From: Squalus acanthias
Lineage: Eukaryota
DNA length: 64,000 bases
Assembly: GCA_030390025.1 (NCBI GenBank)
Contig: CM059432.1
Location: forward strand, 16,060,001 to 16,124,000
Reading direction: 5' to 3'
Made by a program: the position numbers and the translations under genes. The notes under the pieces were generated by a model that was not told the origin of the DNA, did not search any database, and saw only the letters and a list, made by a program, of their open reading frames with translations. Shown piece after piece: positions 52,699 through 64,000 of the stretch; position 1 is the stretch's first letter, and each line of letters begins with the position of its first letter.

Positions 52699-54864
52699 TT
52701 AGACTTTTGGCATTTGATAAAGTCCCACGTAAAAGATTACTAATTAGACTCAAAGCTGTGGCGCTTTAGGGTAATATTAAGAAATTGGTTGAAGGATAGA
52801 AAATACAATGAGAATAACCTGCATTTATATAGCGCTTTTAACGTAGTAAAACATCAAGGTGCTTCACGGGAGCGTTATCAGACAAAATTTGACACCAAGC
52901 CACATAGGGAGATATTGAGACAGATGAACGACAGCTTGGGCAAAGAGGTAGGTATTACGGACCGTCTTAAAAGGAGGAGAGGCGGAGAGGCCTGAAAAGG
53001 AGGCATCTGAGGTGTCCTTAGAGGTACATACGATAGTAAATGGTATGAAAAAGATTAATCCGCAATACTACTTTAAATTAAAATGTGGGAGTGGGGCAAG
53101 GAGATATTGATTTAAGATGGGCCAAAAGTAAGAATATTTTGTGACGGTTGTTATGCAGACAAATGCCCAGCAATTTTTCACATTGCTGTTTTGCGGGATC
53201 TTGCCATAAGGAAGGAATGCTATCAACTGAGCCAAGCCAACACAACCAAACTGAAGTCGCGATTCTCCGCTGCCAGGACTATATATTTTTTTAAGCCCCA
53301 TCTCCAACCTGCGCTTGGACCTAGTGAGGGTTCATGCTGGCAGTGAAACTTCTGTCCCTAAATCATGTAGGAAAAGCAAGGCTTTCTTGCTGCTTTTTAA
53401 AAAAAAAACACAAGTATATTACATTTCAGTTTTATCGAAGAACACGTTTGTTCTAGTGACTACTCTGAATGTTCAATTGGTTTAAAACACAGAGAGGGGG
53501 AGATTCAGCCTCAAATAGAGAGGATAGTCCGAATATGATCTGAGCCCCATACTCTAATATACTTGTATCATTTACTAAAACTCCCTCTAAGTATCAAGAC
53601 ATATTTTCATCTAGTTAATTATCTCCCAGAGCGGTACTGTAATATTTAACATTGGTGAGCTGCAAGTTTGACTCATAAAAAGGGTAAAGATTAAAGTGTA
53701 GTGAAACAAATGTAAAAAATTTGTCTCTGTCCCTGCATTACTGCTTCAACCCAGCAATAAGGATAAGCAAAGCAGACAATAAAATCTGAGATTTTGACTG
53801 GTGTCAGGGTGTTCAGATTAGAAATTTCATTATCACAAAGAGAGAGAGATTTTACTAATCTTGAGCATTAGCACATTTGATCGGAGTAATAATGTAGATA
53901 TGGTAGAACCAGTGTTCTGACGCCATGCCCTCCTGTTGCAGAATTACTGCTTGCAGTCAGATTTTACTGAGGTACGTTTGGTGGGCTGAGACTTTACTAA
54001 TCTTCACCGGAGGTTGTTCAGTTAATGCCCACACTGAAACTAGAAATTGCTTCTCTGCTATCCTCCTGGCCCCCAGATTGCTGGTAAAACAAACGAGGGG
54101 CCGGAATGGACGGGCTCTTCACAAAGCTTTGAAGTCCCTTGTCACTGCGAGAAAGCTCTTACCGAAAGACAACTCCTCCCTCCTCTCAGTCCCAGTTAAC
54201 AGTTAGTGATCATTTTCTTTCTACAGTTAATCTTTAGACAGAATGCATGCTGTGTCCTTACCTCAATGAACAGTTGGGGCGGGAAAAAAAACAAATAAGC
54301 AGAAGATACTGAACGTGGGTTGATTGAAGCTATTCTTAAAAAAAGACTTACTGGGTCCACAGAACTTCAACAGCATGCTTAATGCATCTGCTCGACAAGG
54401 ATCTCAGGGCTACTAATCCTACACACTGTGATATCTCTAGTGTCACAAGGTCCCTCAATAGAACAAGACCGCCTTGCTTCAATGAGCCGGCAAAACAAAG
54501 AGATATTAAGTTTCCTGTCTTGGGAATCAAACCACACATGACACAGCTACTATTTAAAGAACTGTTAGTTGGAGGACAAATTCTTTAGAACCCGTTTGCC
54601 AATTACGTGTAGCTATTTATCATTTTTCCATTTTTGCAACAAATCAATTCATTGGACTAAGCTGTTTAGCTGAGTATAGCTCCTCTTTAAATCCAGTGGA
54701 GCTCTGCTCTGTAGCAACTGAGAGATTATGATTACACTGCTCCTTTTCAAATTGACAAGACAATTTTTATGTCCAGTTCCCTTTAATTCCAGAACTGCTC
54801 TAAGGTTTGTGCCTAATACAAGGTTTGAGTTCTTCCAATTTCTTTAGATTGACACAGTTCACAC

Positions 54865-55160
54865 AATCCTCATCTTTTGTTTCTTAACTTGTCCCATTAC
54901 CATCTCCTTTTGCCTTGCACCATCATCCCTTTTGTCTCTTAATCTCTCCTGCCTTCCACCCTATCACAGACCTTCCCTTTTGTTCTTTCCTCCCCTCCCC
55001 CCTTTCCCTGCCCCGACACTTGCTTAAAAACCTGTTCCAGCTCCTGCTTTTTTCCAGTTCTGACGAAAGGGTCATCGACCTGAAACGTTGACTCTGTTTC
55101 TCTCTCCACAGATGCTGCCTGACCTGCTGAGCATTTCCAGCATTTTCTGTTTTTATTTCC
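54865..55160 (+). mobile_element. Family A hammerhead element, long single arm
   Basis: Pyrimidine-rich leader, then AGUU-CUGACGA-AA-GGGUC(AUC)GACCU-GAAA-CGU-U-GACU at 55056-55093 and family A tail. Confidence 0.8.
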
Positions 55161-55684
55161 TACTTTGTACTTGTCCTCTTCTGGAACATATATCATTTTA
55201 TGCCAACAAACGTACAGAAACTGAGCAACAAATGGACATGAACTTCAGGGAAAAGTGTTTTGGAAAACATTCTTTGTTTGAAGAAGAGATACAAGGCCAT
55301 GCGTCATTTCTGCCAAGGGTGTGACATTGCGTTACAATGTGATTTCTATAATTACGTGCGCTTCTTGCTTTCTTAAAAAGGGGCAAACCTTTTCTTATTT
55401 GTTTAAAATCTCATCAGCCATTTTAAGCTTTACGTTATCTCTCAAAAAAATGCAATACCTGTAAATCTCTTTCAATGCGAATCCCTCCCAGTCTGATGCC
55501 TGACTACCTGTGATCAAACACAGCTTTGGGAAGGGGCACTTTTTGGACTCACTGACAATTACTCTCCCATTCTCAAATGGCCCCAGCGGACACTGGAAAT
55601 TTCACTCTCTTTGTAAATTCCTATATGTGGTTCAGGTTTGATCTCAGGACTCCCAGTTATAAATTTCTAGCATTGGACTTTTCC

Positions 55685-56010
55685 AATGTGGTTAGAATGT
55701 GGAACTCGCTACCACATGGAGTGCTTGAGGCAAATAGCATAGATGCATTTCAGGGGAAGCTAGATAAGTACATGAGGGAGAAAGGAATAGAAGGATATGC
55801 TGATGGGGCGAGATGAAGTAGGGTGGGAGGAGGCCCGTGTGGAGCATAAACACCGGCATGGGGCAGTTAGGCTGAATGGCCTGTTTCTGTGCTGTTCCCA
55901 CATTACAACAGTGACTCCACTTCAAAAGTACTTCATTGGCTGTAAAGCGCTTTGAGACGTCCGGTGGTCGTGAAAGGCGCTATATAAATGCAAGTCTTTC
56001 TTTCTTCTTC
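55685..56010 (+). mobile_element. CR1 3' end followed by a Deu-SINE 3' end
   Basis: VVRMWNSLP...FQGKLDKYM to ~55895, then CATTACAACAGTGACT...AAATGCAAGTCTTTC. Confidence 0.85.
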
Positions 56011-56049
56011 CTTTCTTAATTCTATGAAATGAAGCAATTCTAGAGTTAT

Positions 56050-56623
56050 TAACAGCTCTGGTTTTGGATCAGCGAGACAGACATACAGACGCAGACAGCG
56101 GGGTTCTTTTTAACATATGCATGTCGGGTCCCGATGGCGACGTTGCAATTTTAACTCGGCAGCCTGAGCAGGAAATGGCAGTGAGTTTCCCGTCAGGCTA
56201 AACTCAATGGTGAAGAGGATCGAGGCTAGAAGAGCCTCAAAAAGTTAGTTAGTTTAAAAAATATATATGTTTTTACTCTCCTCGTGGGGTCAGGAAGAGC
56301 AGGAGTTCTCCTCTGAGGCCCAGAAGGAAAGCTTAGGCCTCCTCTGCCACGGACCTGCCCACCCCCCCCCCACCCCCCTGCAGAACAGCCATGACAACCG
56401 ATCCCGCCAATTATCAGCTGACGGCGGCCCGCATTCGGGCCACACAATTTTCCGTCGCTTCCTGCTGACTTCCCGCTCAGAACAGGTGGAAAGTCAACCA
56501 ATGGGATTTAAATGAGGCCCAGGAGCTAAAATACCCCGGGCCTCATTCCTGGAGCAGCGGGCGAGTTTCTAATTCACACCGCCGCCCACTCACCCACAAC
56601 TGGCCCAGAGTTAAAATTAGGCC
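56050..56623. mobile_element. MITE-like element
   Basis: Right end rc GGCCTAATTTTAAC; internal hairpin AATGAGGCCC...GGGCCTCATT; related to 48724 element. Confidence 0.5.
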
Positions 56624-57350
56624 ACAGGTTGTTTTTTTTTTTTTAAAAAGGGCAAGTTATGATAGGTTTTAAGGCAGGTTTTAAGGCTAATTTTCAGCCA
56701 GTTTGATTAGCCAATCAAAAGCCCACGTGGGGGGTCACAGGTCCATGGTGCTGGATTCCTAACATCATCAAAATTCAGCAGAACAGTTACACAGAAGTAC
56801 CATCAAATGTGACCTATCTATCCCTAAGGCCATCTATCTATAGTTTCCAAATAATGTCAATCCTAAAAATGTACACATGAATTAAATTTAAACCTGTGAT
56901 TGGAGGCCATCTGTCCATAAAGAACAGCTGAAGTCCATCTCAGGGATGGTATCCTTCTGGACCGATCTTGCTGTATAAGGAACTATCTGGTTTATTTTTA
57001 GTTTTCATTCTAAATTAATCCAATGTAAAAATACACAATCATCATTTTACAGCACAGAAGGTGGCCCTTCGGCCCATCGCGCCTATGCCAGCTCTGAAAG
57101 ACCTATCCACTTAGTTCCGTTCCCCTGGTCATTAACATCAACATTTTTCCCTTTCCAAATATTTACCTCTTTTAAACATTGGAAGATAGTGTAGAAATTT
57201 CACACACTAGGGTATATTTTCCAATTGGGCATCCGTTCGGGTATAATTGGACAATGTTACTAGCACCCACTCATCAGTTAGTGCCGTGATCTAGCTTGAT
57301 TTTGCCTGGCATTGGAAGCTTGCTGGGGGAACAGGCATCTGTGTGTAAGT

Positions 57351-57780
57351 AACATAGAAACATAGAATCTAGGAGCAGGAGTAGGCCATTCGGCCCGTCG
57401 AGCCTGCTCCACCATTCAATACGATCATGGCTGATCATCCAAATCCAGTACCCTGTCCCTGCTCCAATCCCCACAGTACACACATCCCACCCTACCCCCG
57501 CAACCCCACGCACCTAATTCCCCCTAACATATCCCATCCTATCCCCATAACCCCACATATTTATTCCCCCCCTAACACTAAGGGTCAATTTATCATAGCC
57601 AAATCAACCTAACCCGCACATTTTTGGACTGTGGGAGGAAACCGGAGCACCCGGAGGAAACCCACGCAGACACGGGGAGAATGTGCAAACTCCACACAGA
57701 CAGTCACCCGAGGTCAGATTCGAACCCGGGTCCCTGGCGCTGTGAGGCACCAGTGCTAACCACTATGCCACCGTGTTGCC
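57351..57780 (-). mobile_element. Full-length HE1/V-SINE
   Basis: Minus: A box TGGCATAGTGG, B box GGTTCGAATC, V-domain, CR1-type tail ending TTCTATGTTTCTATGTT. Confidence 0.93.
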
Positions 57781-57861
57781 TTGAATTGTAAAATTTAAGG
57801 GATTGCCACTTAAAGGTGGATGGGGACAAAAATGTCGGTAGCTTTTACAAAGCTTCTAATA

Positions 57862-58125
57862 TTTGAAACAACAACAGAAAACGCTGGAAAAACTCAGCAG
57901 GCCAGGCAACATCCGTGGAGAGAGAAACAGAGTTAACGTTTCAGGTCGAAACCCTTCATCAGAACTGAGAAAAAAAGCAGGAAATGGAACAGATAAAAAA
58001 GCAAGTGGGAGGCTGGGGGGAGGAATAAAAGAACAAAAGGGGTGGTCTATGGTAAGTAGAGACATTAAGAGATGCTCAAGGCAAGACGAGATGGTAATAG
58101 GACAGGTTAAGAAACAAAAGGTGGC
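57862..58125 (-). mobile_element. Family A hammerhead element, single arm
   Basis: Minus 57931-57966: AGUU-CUGAUGA-A-GGGU(UUCG)ACCU-GAAA-CGU-U-AACU. Confidence 0.82.
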
Positions 58126-58177
58126 TCAGAAGTGTGTGAAATGCTGGCAGACCTTTTGTTTCAGGAGTTTTGAGCTG

Positions 58178-58826
58178 CTAGATCTGTTCTGAATCTATCC
58201 CATTTAGCACGGTGGTAGTGCCACACAACACGATGGAGGGTGTCTCAGTGTGAAGACGGGACTTCGTCTCCACAATGACTGTGCGGTGGTCACTGCTGCC
58301 AATGCTGTCATGGACAGATGCATCTGCGACAGGTAGATTGGTGAGGACGAGATCAAGTAGGTTTTTTCCTCTTGTTGGTTCACTCACCATCTGTCACAGG
58401 CCCAGACTGGCAGTTATGTCCTTCAGGACTCGGCCAGCTCGGTCAGTAGTGGTGCTACCGAGCCACTCTTGGTGATGGACATTGAAGTCCCCCACCCAGA
58501 GTACATTCTGTGCCCTTGCTACTCTCAGTGCTTCTTCCAAGTGGCGTTCAACATGGAGGAGTACTGATTCATCAGCTGAGGGAGGGCAGTAGGTGGTAAT
58601 CAGCAGGAGGTTTCCTTGCCCATGCTTGACCTGAAGTCATGAGACTTCATGGGGTCCGGAGTCAATGTTGAGGACTCCCAGGGCCACTCCTTCCCGACTG
58701 TATACTACTGTGCCACCACCCCTGGTGGGTCTGTCCTGCCGGTGGGACAGGACATACCCAGGGATGGTGATGTAGGAGTTCAGGACATTGGCTGAAAGGT
58801 ATGATTCTGTGAGTATGACTATGTCA
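58178..58826 (-). mobile_element. LINE AP-endonuclease fragment
   Basis: DIVILTESYL, RQDRPTRGGGTVVY, PTRGKNLLDLVLTN, GSSDHRTV. Confidence 0.88.
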
Positions 58827-59719
58827 TTGGCTGTAAAGCGCTTTGGGGACGTCCTGAGGCCGTGAAAGGCGCTATATAAATGCAAGTCTTTCTTTTAATT
58901 TTTTTGTTGTTTCCCTGGTGATCCAGAGCAAGCTGAGCTCCTCTGCCACATCCGGTCGATGCGCCTCTGCTTATTATTATAGACGTGGAGGGTGTTTACA
59001 GTCTGCCTCTGCTCTGCTCTGACTTGGCTGATTTCATCCTGTTGCTCCTCCACTTCTGCAACAGAAAAAAAAACCATATTTGGCGAGGGATACCCGCGGG
59101 GCAACCCATTGTGCCAATACTGTGGCTGTTCCCAAAAAAAAAATGGGAGTGCCCCTTGGCACAGAGCCTCCTTAGCAGGGAAAAGGAACAAAAATCAACA
59201 CAATCTGGAAAAACATCTCAAAATACAGCAATAAGTCTTACAGGACTCTCCAACTGCACTTCTGCATAAAACAGCGGCAAGCTGTACTAACATTTTATGT
59301 AGATAGATTTATGACTCAGTATTATTCCAGCACAAAATCTGGGATATTATATGACGTTGTTTAAAGATCAGGCACATCCAATCAGAACGTTTACCCTACT
59401 CCTTCGGTCTTGGGATCTAATTGTTGAAATAAATGCCAGGGTAAATTAAGACAACGTCACTGGTGTTAGGAAAATTTCAGCACAAAAAGTTATAGAATTG
59501 CTTAAGACTCATTCGGGACTTCATTCATTTTTTTTTGTTCTTATTTGTTCTCAAGGTGTGAACAATGCTGGCAATGTCACAATTATTGCCCATAACAAGT
59601 TGCACTAGTGGTGGTGAGCTTTCTTCCTGAAGGCTATTTCAGGGAACAATGCCAGCCAACCATGTAGTGTGGGACTGGAGTCACATGTTGGGCGGACCAG
59701 CTAGGAGTGGCAGTTCGGC

Positions 59720-60197
59720 CATCGCCCCTGCGCTCGCTGACCTACACTGGCTCCCGGTTAAGTAGCGCCTCGATTTCAAAATTCTCATCCTTGTTTTGAA
59801 ATCCCTCCACGGCCTCACCCCTTCCTATCTCTGTAATCTCCTCCAGCCCCACAACCCCCCCCCCCCCCCCCCACCCCCAAGATATCTGCGCTCCTCTAAT
59901 TCTGCCCTCTTGAGGATCCCTGATTATAATCGCTCAACCATTGGTGGCCGTGCCTTCTGTTGCCTAGGCCCTAAGCTCTGGAATTCCTTGCCTAAATCTG
60001 TCCACCTCGCTACCTCTCTTTTCTCCTTTAAGACACTTAAAAGCTACCTCATTGACCAAGCTTTTGGTCACCTGCCCTAATTTATCCTTATGTGGATCGG
60101 TGTCAAATTTTTTGTCTTAAAATACTCCTGTGCAGCGCCATGGGACATTTTACTACGTTAAAGGCGCTATATAAATACAAGTTGTTGTTGTTGTTGT
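59720..60197 (+). mobile_element. L2 3' fragment
   Basis: Matches 18000-18467; (TTG)n tail. Confidence 0.93.
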
Positions 60198-60285
60198 CTT
60201 TCCAGAAGGGCATTAGTGACCCAGTTTGGGCCTTTACAACAGTGCAGCAGCTTTCTTGGTCATTTTTTAAAATTGGCGTTGACCC

Positions 60286-60480
60286 GGAGTAATTTTAACT
60301 TATCAGGCAAAAAAGCAGGCGATAGCGAATCGTCAGCCTCTTTCACACGTTAATGTCAATGGAAATCCACAATTTACATGTCTGAAGTCAATGGAAAAGA
60401 AAACCAGGCAAGCTGTAAAACAGGCAAGCTGATTCACCGCCACCGGTTTTACGCTCAGCGATACAAGTTAAAAATCACCC
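60286..60480. repeat. ~195-bp hairpin MITE
   Basis: GGAGTAATTTTAACTT / GGGTGATTTTTAACTT(rc) termini with further inverted similarity inward. Confidence 0.65.
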
Positions 60481-61499
60481 TGGATTCAGCTTCACAAATT
60501 TACCACATTGGGATTTGAACGCTCAACCTCAGGATTGCTAGCCCAGTGCCGTAGCAATTAAGCTGTGTCATAGCCACCGACATAAATAAAGTCGACATGG
60601 GCACACAACAGGTCACAGTTTGTTGATGGTACCAAACAAGGCGACAAACTGAGGAAGAACGAAGGAGGATAAAGAGAAAGACAGGTCACTTTGTTTGGTT
60701 AGAACGCGGAGGTGAGCAGCATCGAGCAGAAACCTACAACCCCTCTTCCCGCTGCTGTGTCGGTTTTTGTTTTCAGTATGCCGCTGGCCTGAGCTTTTTA
60801 CGCTGCGACTGACGGCAGTTCTCAGAACCCATGAAACCTCAAGTCCTTAAGGCCGGCAGAAGCGCGCATTTAGATTGCGCGCACGCTGTCAAGTGCTGCT
60901 AACAGTGGGAGCACTGCATGTTGCCACCGAGTGGAACCAGTAGAAGGAAGCCCAGGCAAAGTGAGGGCCCTGGGGATCAGAGTGTCTAGCAATAACCCGA
61001 CGACTATCTGGACGTAAATTTAAAGAATATAAAATCGAACAACTCACATGGTTATCCCACTCATTTGGAGAATTGGGTTATTTTTCTTGTTTTCTCTCTT
61101 TAAAGAATTAACCGTCAATTGAAAAGCTTTGCTCCAGAAAGTTGCCAGCACTCCTGGAACTCGTGGGGAATGGAATGTTGACATGCCTAATTTTAAAAAT
61201 GACCAGGAAGTTCTTTTTTTTTTAAAAAAGTCCCTTTCTTACGACTAATAATAGTTTTTGAGGATATACCATCAGGTTTAGAAAGGGAAGCGGGGACTAG
61301 TTCCTTTTCACACAAATATTTAAGTCTCAGTCACACAACATTCATGAATTACAACTTCCCAAACCGGTTAGAGTTCTGGAGGTACAACAGATAAATCGAG
61401 CAGCCAGAATCCCGGTTTAGTGTCAGGTCTCTCATATGCCCTGGCTTCACTCTAATGCACAAGGGTCATCTTTGCTGTGGAGTCTGCCATAAGGTAGGT

Positions 61500-61732
61500 A
61501 CTAAAGGGAATTCAGATCCAGAGTGATCTCCTGGACTAGTTTTGATTGCCTCGATGGGTTGGAGAGGAATTTCCCAGAATTTCCCCCCCCCCCCCCCCAG
61601 ATTGGCCTGGGTTTTTTTTAAATCCATTTTTTGGCCTCTCCCAGGAGATCACATGGTTACGGGTGGGGTGGAGTGTATATATTGTCATACGCAAGGATTC
61701 GCAATTGTGGGGGACAGGCTCGATGGACCGGA
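61500..61732 (+). mobile_element. LINE-like 3' UTR remnant
   Basis: Ends GGGACAGGCTCGATGGACC; diverged relative at ~8500-8845. Confidence 0.5.
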
Positions 61733-61759
61733 ACTTGTGACCTGTCAAGTTTCAGCTTG

Positions 61760-62330
61760 ACAGATCCACCGCATCCCCGGGAAATGGACATTTGCCCAGC
61801 GAATGCCCGCGAAACCAGCCTAAGAGTTTAAATAAATATTAAAATGATTTTTTTTTAAATTATTTAAACATTAAAAAAAAACTTTAAAATTAGTTTAGGT
61901 TATTTTTAGCCCCTTTAAAATGTTTAATTTATTTTTCAAAAAATTAAATTTTTGTTTTAAATGTTTAATTAAATTGTATTTGAATTAATTTTGAACATGT
62001 AATGATTTATTTTTATTTAACTGGTGTGTAATTGTGTTTTTTTTTTAGGGGATTCCTATTCATGCTTCTGGGGTATTCCGTACGTAAATGGAATCCCCAG
62101 AAGCATAATGGGGATCCCCCTTTTTGATTGGTTGGGCCCGCCCACGGAATCCCAGGGACGCTTACGAACCGTGTGCGCCCCCTGGGATACGTGGACCTTT
62201 ACGCAGGCGTACGCGTGGAGGCCCAGGAGCGCGAGTCTACGAACCTCCGGGCCCATCAGGTGGGTTCGTACTTTTCTTGCGGTTCAGAGGCATTCGCCCG
62301 CGGGAAGCCTCCGACCGCAAATTCAGGCCC
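61760..62330. mobile_element. MITE-like element with very AT-rich core, left end missing
   Basis: Right terminus rc GGGCCTGAATTTGCGG; CGTA/TACG-rich subterminal region. Confidence 0.55.
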
Positions 62331-63196
62331 AGTGATGTGGAATACAATCTGCTCAGCTGATGCCAGCGTAAATCAGGGGCATTTTCGTGCTGGCACCAAT
62401 TCGGTACATAGCAGGCTGCAGACTTTCCACCAATTTGTACCTGATCTGACCATCGTACCCTCTCCGCGTACGGTGCCCCTCGCAGTTCAAATGTCTTTTT
62501 TTTTTGGATTATTCCTTTGTCAGAGGTACGATCAAAAGAAATAAAGGAAGTTCAGTGTGATACCACCACACTGAAAGAATTCGGTACAAATCAAGGCAGC
62601 ATGACTCGTAGGTTTCATCACGGTTCAGAATTCCCACATACATTTGCTTGATGTTGTTAACTTCGTCATAGAAATCACAGATCCATGGTGGCCATCCACA
62701 GCACTATTGCATACTACATTGCCATCCTTTCACTGGCAGATGACTTTTTAAAAATATTTTAGAATGGGGCTTTTTTTTTTAAGTTTAAGGGAAAATATCT
62801 TGGTATCATTTTTAAAAACAGGAAGTAAGTTTTAGGGGATGAATAATGGGAAAGCAGATGGTTTCGACAGTGCTTTTCAAGCTTTTCTGTGCAAGGAAAG
62901 CCCCACAGATAATGACACACTCCTGGGGACCCTAGTGTCCTAACTCCAGAAGGGAAGTCTGAACTACCCAAAGGAAAAGAGTGCTATCATTATATACAGT
63001 GACACCGACGTCGGGTGGGAGAGGGTCGTGGCGGGTTAAATACGGGGAACGTGACCACACCACGCAACTGCCCGAGTGTCCCGCCGTGGAGAGGCGGGAT
63101 GCTTAATTAACATTCAAATTAATGCAATTGGGAACAACAACAGAAAACACTGGAAAAACTCAGCAGGCCAGGCAGCATCCGTGGAGAGAGAAACAG

Positions 63197-63233
63197 AGTT
63201 AACGTTTCAGGTCGAAGACCTTTCGTCAGAACT
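63197..63233 (-). ncRNA. Minimal type I hammerhead ribozyme motif (family A)
   Basis: Minus: AGUU-CUGACGA-A-AGGUC(UUC)GACCU-GAAA-CGU-U-AACU. Confidence 0.75.
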
Positions 63234-63454
63234 GGAAAAAAGCAGGAAATGGAATAGATTTTAAAGCAGGTTTAGGGGCGGGGAAATGGGGATGGGGATG
63301 AAAGAACAAAAGGGAAGGTCAGTGATAGGATAGAAAGCAGGAGAGATTAAGAGACATTGAGAGATATTCAAGACAAGAGGAGGTTTCCCTCATTTCCCCC
63401 ATTTCCCCGCCCCTAAACCTGCTTTAAAATATATTCCATTTCCTGCTTTTTGCC

Positions 63455-63491
63455 AGTTCTGACGAAGGGTCACAGACCTGAAACGTTAACT
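63455..63491 (+). ncRNA. Minimal type I hammerhead ribozyme motif (family A)
   Basis: AGUU-CUGACGA-A-GGGUC(ACA)GACCU-GAAA-CGU-U-AACU. Confidence 0.75.
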
Positions 63492-64000
63492 CTGTTTCTC
63501 TCTTCACGGATGCTGCCTGGCCTGCTGAATTTTTCCAGCATTTTCTGCTGTTATTTCGGATTTCCAGCATCCGCAGTATTTTGCTGTTGTATTAGTGCAA
63601 TTGGGAGCCCGATTCAATATTTACTGCGCGAGTTTCCCCGGGGTCAGGAAAATCAGCAATGAAGGAGGTGGCAGCAGCTGCCAGCTCCATAAGCTAAGTG
63701 CCTCTTTCAGCATTCCTTGTGGGTCAGGAATCCTCCCCAGCACCGATCGCAGGCACCTCCTCCCGCCACCCCCAGCCCCAATCGCAATCGGAGGCCTCTT
63801 CCCCCCTCCCGATTGCCGAGGACGGTCCCCGTGTGCGTCTTCTTGCCGTTCGTATTTCCTCCCGCCCACCCGCCGGCCAGGCTGTCCATTCGGCTAAAAA
63901 ATGATAATGAGGTCCTGCCATTAAGCTCGGCAGGACTTCCGCGTCCCCGGCCTTGCCGGATTCTTTGGCCATTTTCAGCCTCCCTGTAAATATCGTGGCC

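Larger units (their letters stand above)
50280..53130 (+). mobile_element. Old CR1 RT remnant fragmented by L2, MITE and an L2 tail
   Basis: DGIYLRL (~50430), HGFR (~51738), YLDF/AFDKVP split by the MITE at 51814. Confidence 0.65.
63134..63590. mobile_element. Palindromic Penelope-like hammerhead element, family A, uninterrupted
   Basis: ~165-bp inverted arms (63134-63300 / 63390-63553), tail to 63590, 16-bp TSD ATTA(A/G)TGCAATTGGGA (63118-63133, 63591-63606). Confidence 0.88.
62985..64000. mobile_element. GC-rich MITE-like element hosting a hammerhead palindrome
   Basis: Right end rc GGCCACGATATTTAC at window edge; left end poorly defined. Confidence 0.45.

Noticed and set aside
53941..53970. 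30-nt micro-exon (TTGCAG...GAG/GTACGT)
   Set aside because: Such signals arise by chance in 64 kb; no neighbouring exons identified
57700..57780. tRNA gene (also 2130-2198 and 50085-50157)
   Set aside because: A/B boxes are SINE heads joined directly to V or Deu domains; no complete cloverleaf

Overview
Vertebrate genomic DNA, most likely a cartilaginous fish (shark): it carries an HE1/V-SINE, Deu-domain SINEs and abundant CR1 and L2 LINEs. I recognise no host protein-coding exon, so the window reads as intronic or intergenic, and nearly all listed ORFs are LINE or transposon debris. Content: (i) many 5'-truncated CR1, L2 and a third CR1/Jockey-group LINE; (ii) tRNA-derived SINEs sharing 3' tails with those LINEs; (iii) PIF/Harbinger-type non-autonomous elements and MITEs with 12-16 bp TIRs, 3-bp TSDs and Myb/SANT-like remnants; (iv) most notably, two sequence-unrelated families of short non-coding elements carrying minimal type I hammerhead ribozyme motifs of the Penelope-like kind. 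Four of these are complete palindromic insertions with inverted arms and 14-16 bp target-site duplications. Coordinates were read by eye; TIR/TSD/ribozyme positions should be close to exact, while LINE and old SINE boundaries are approximate.
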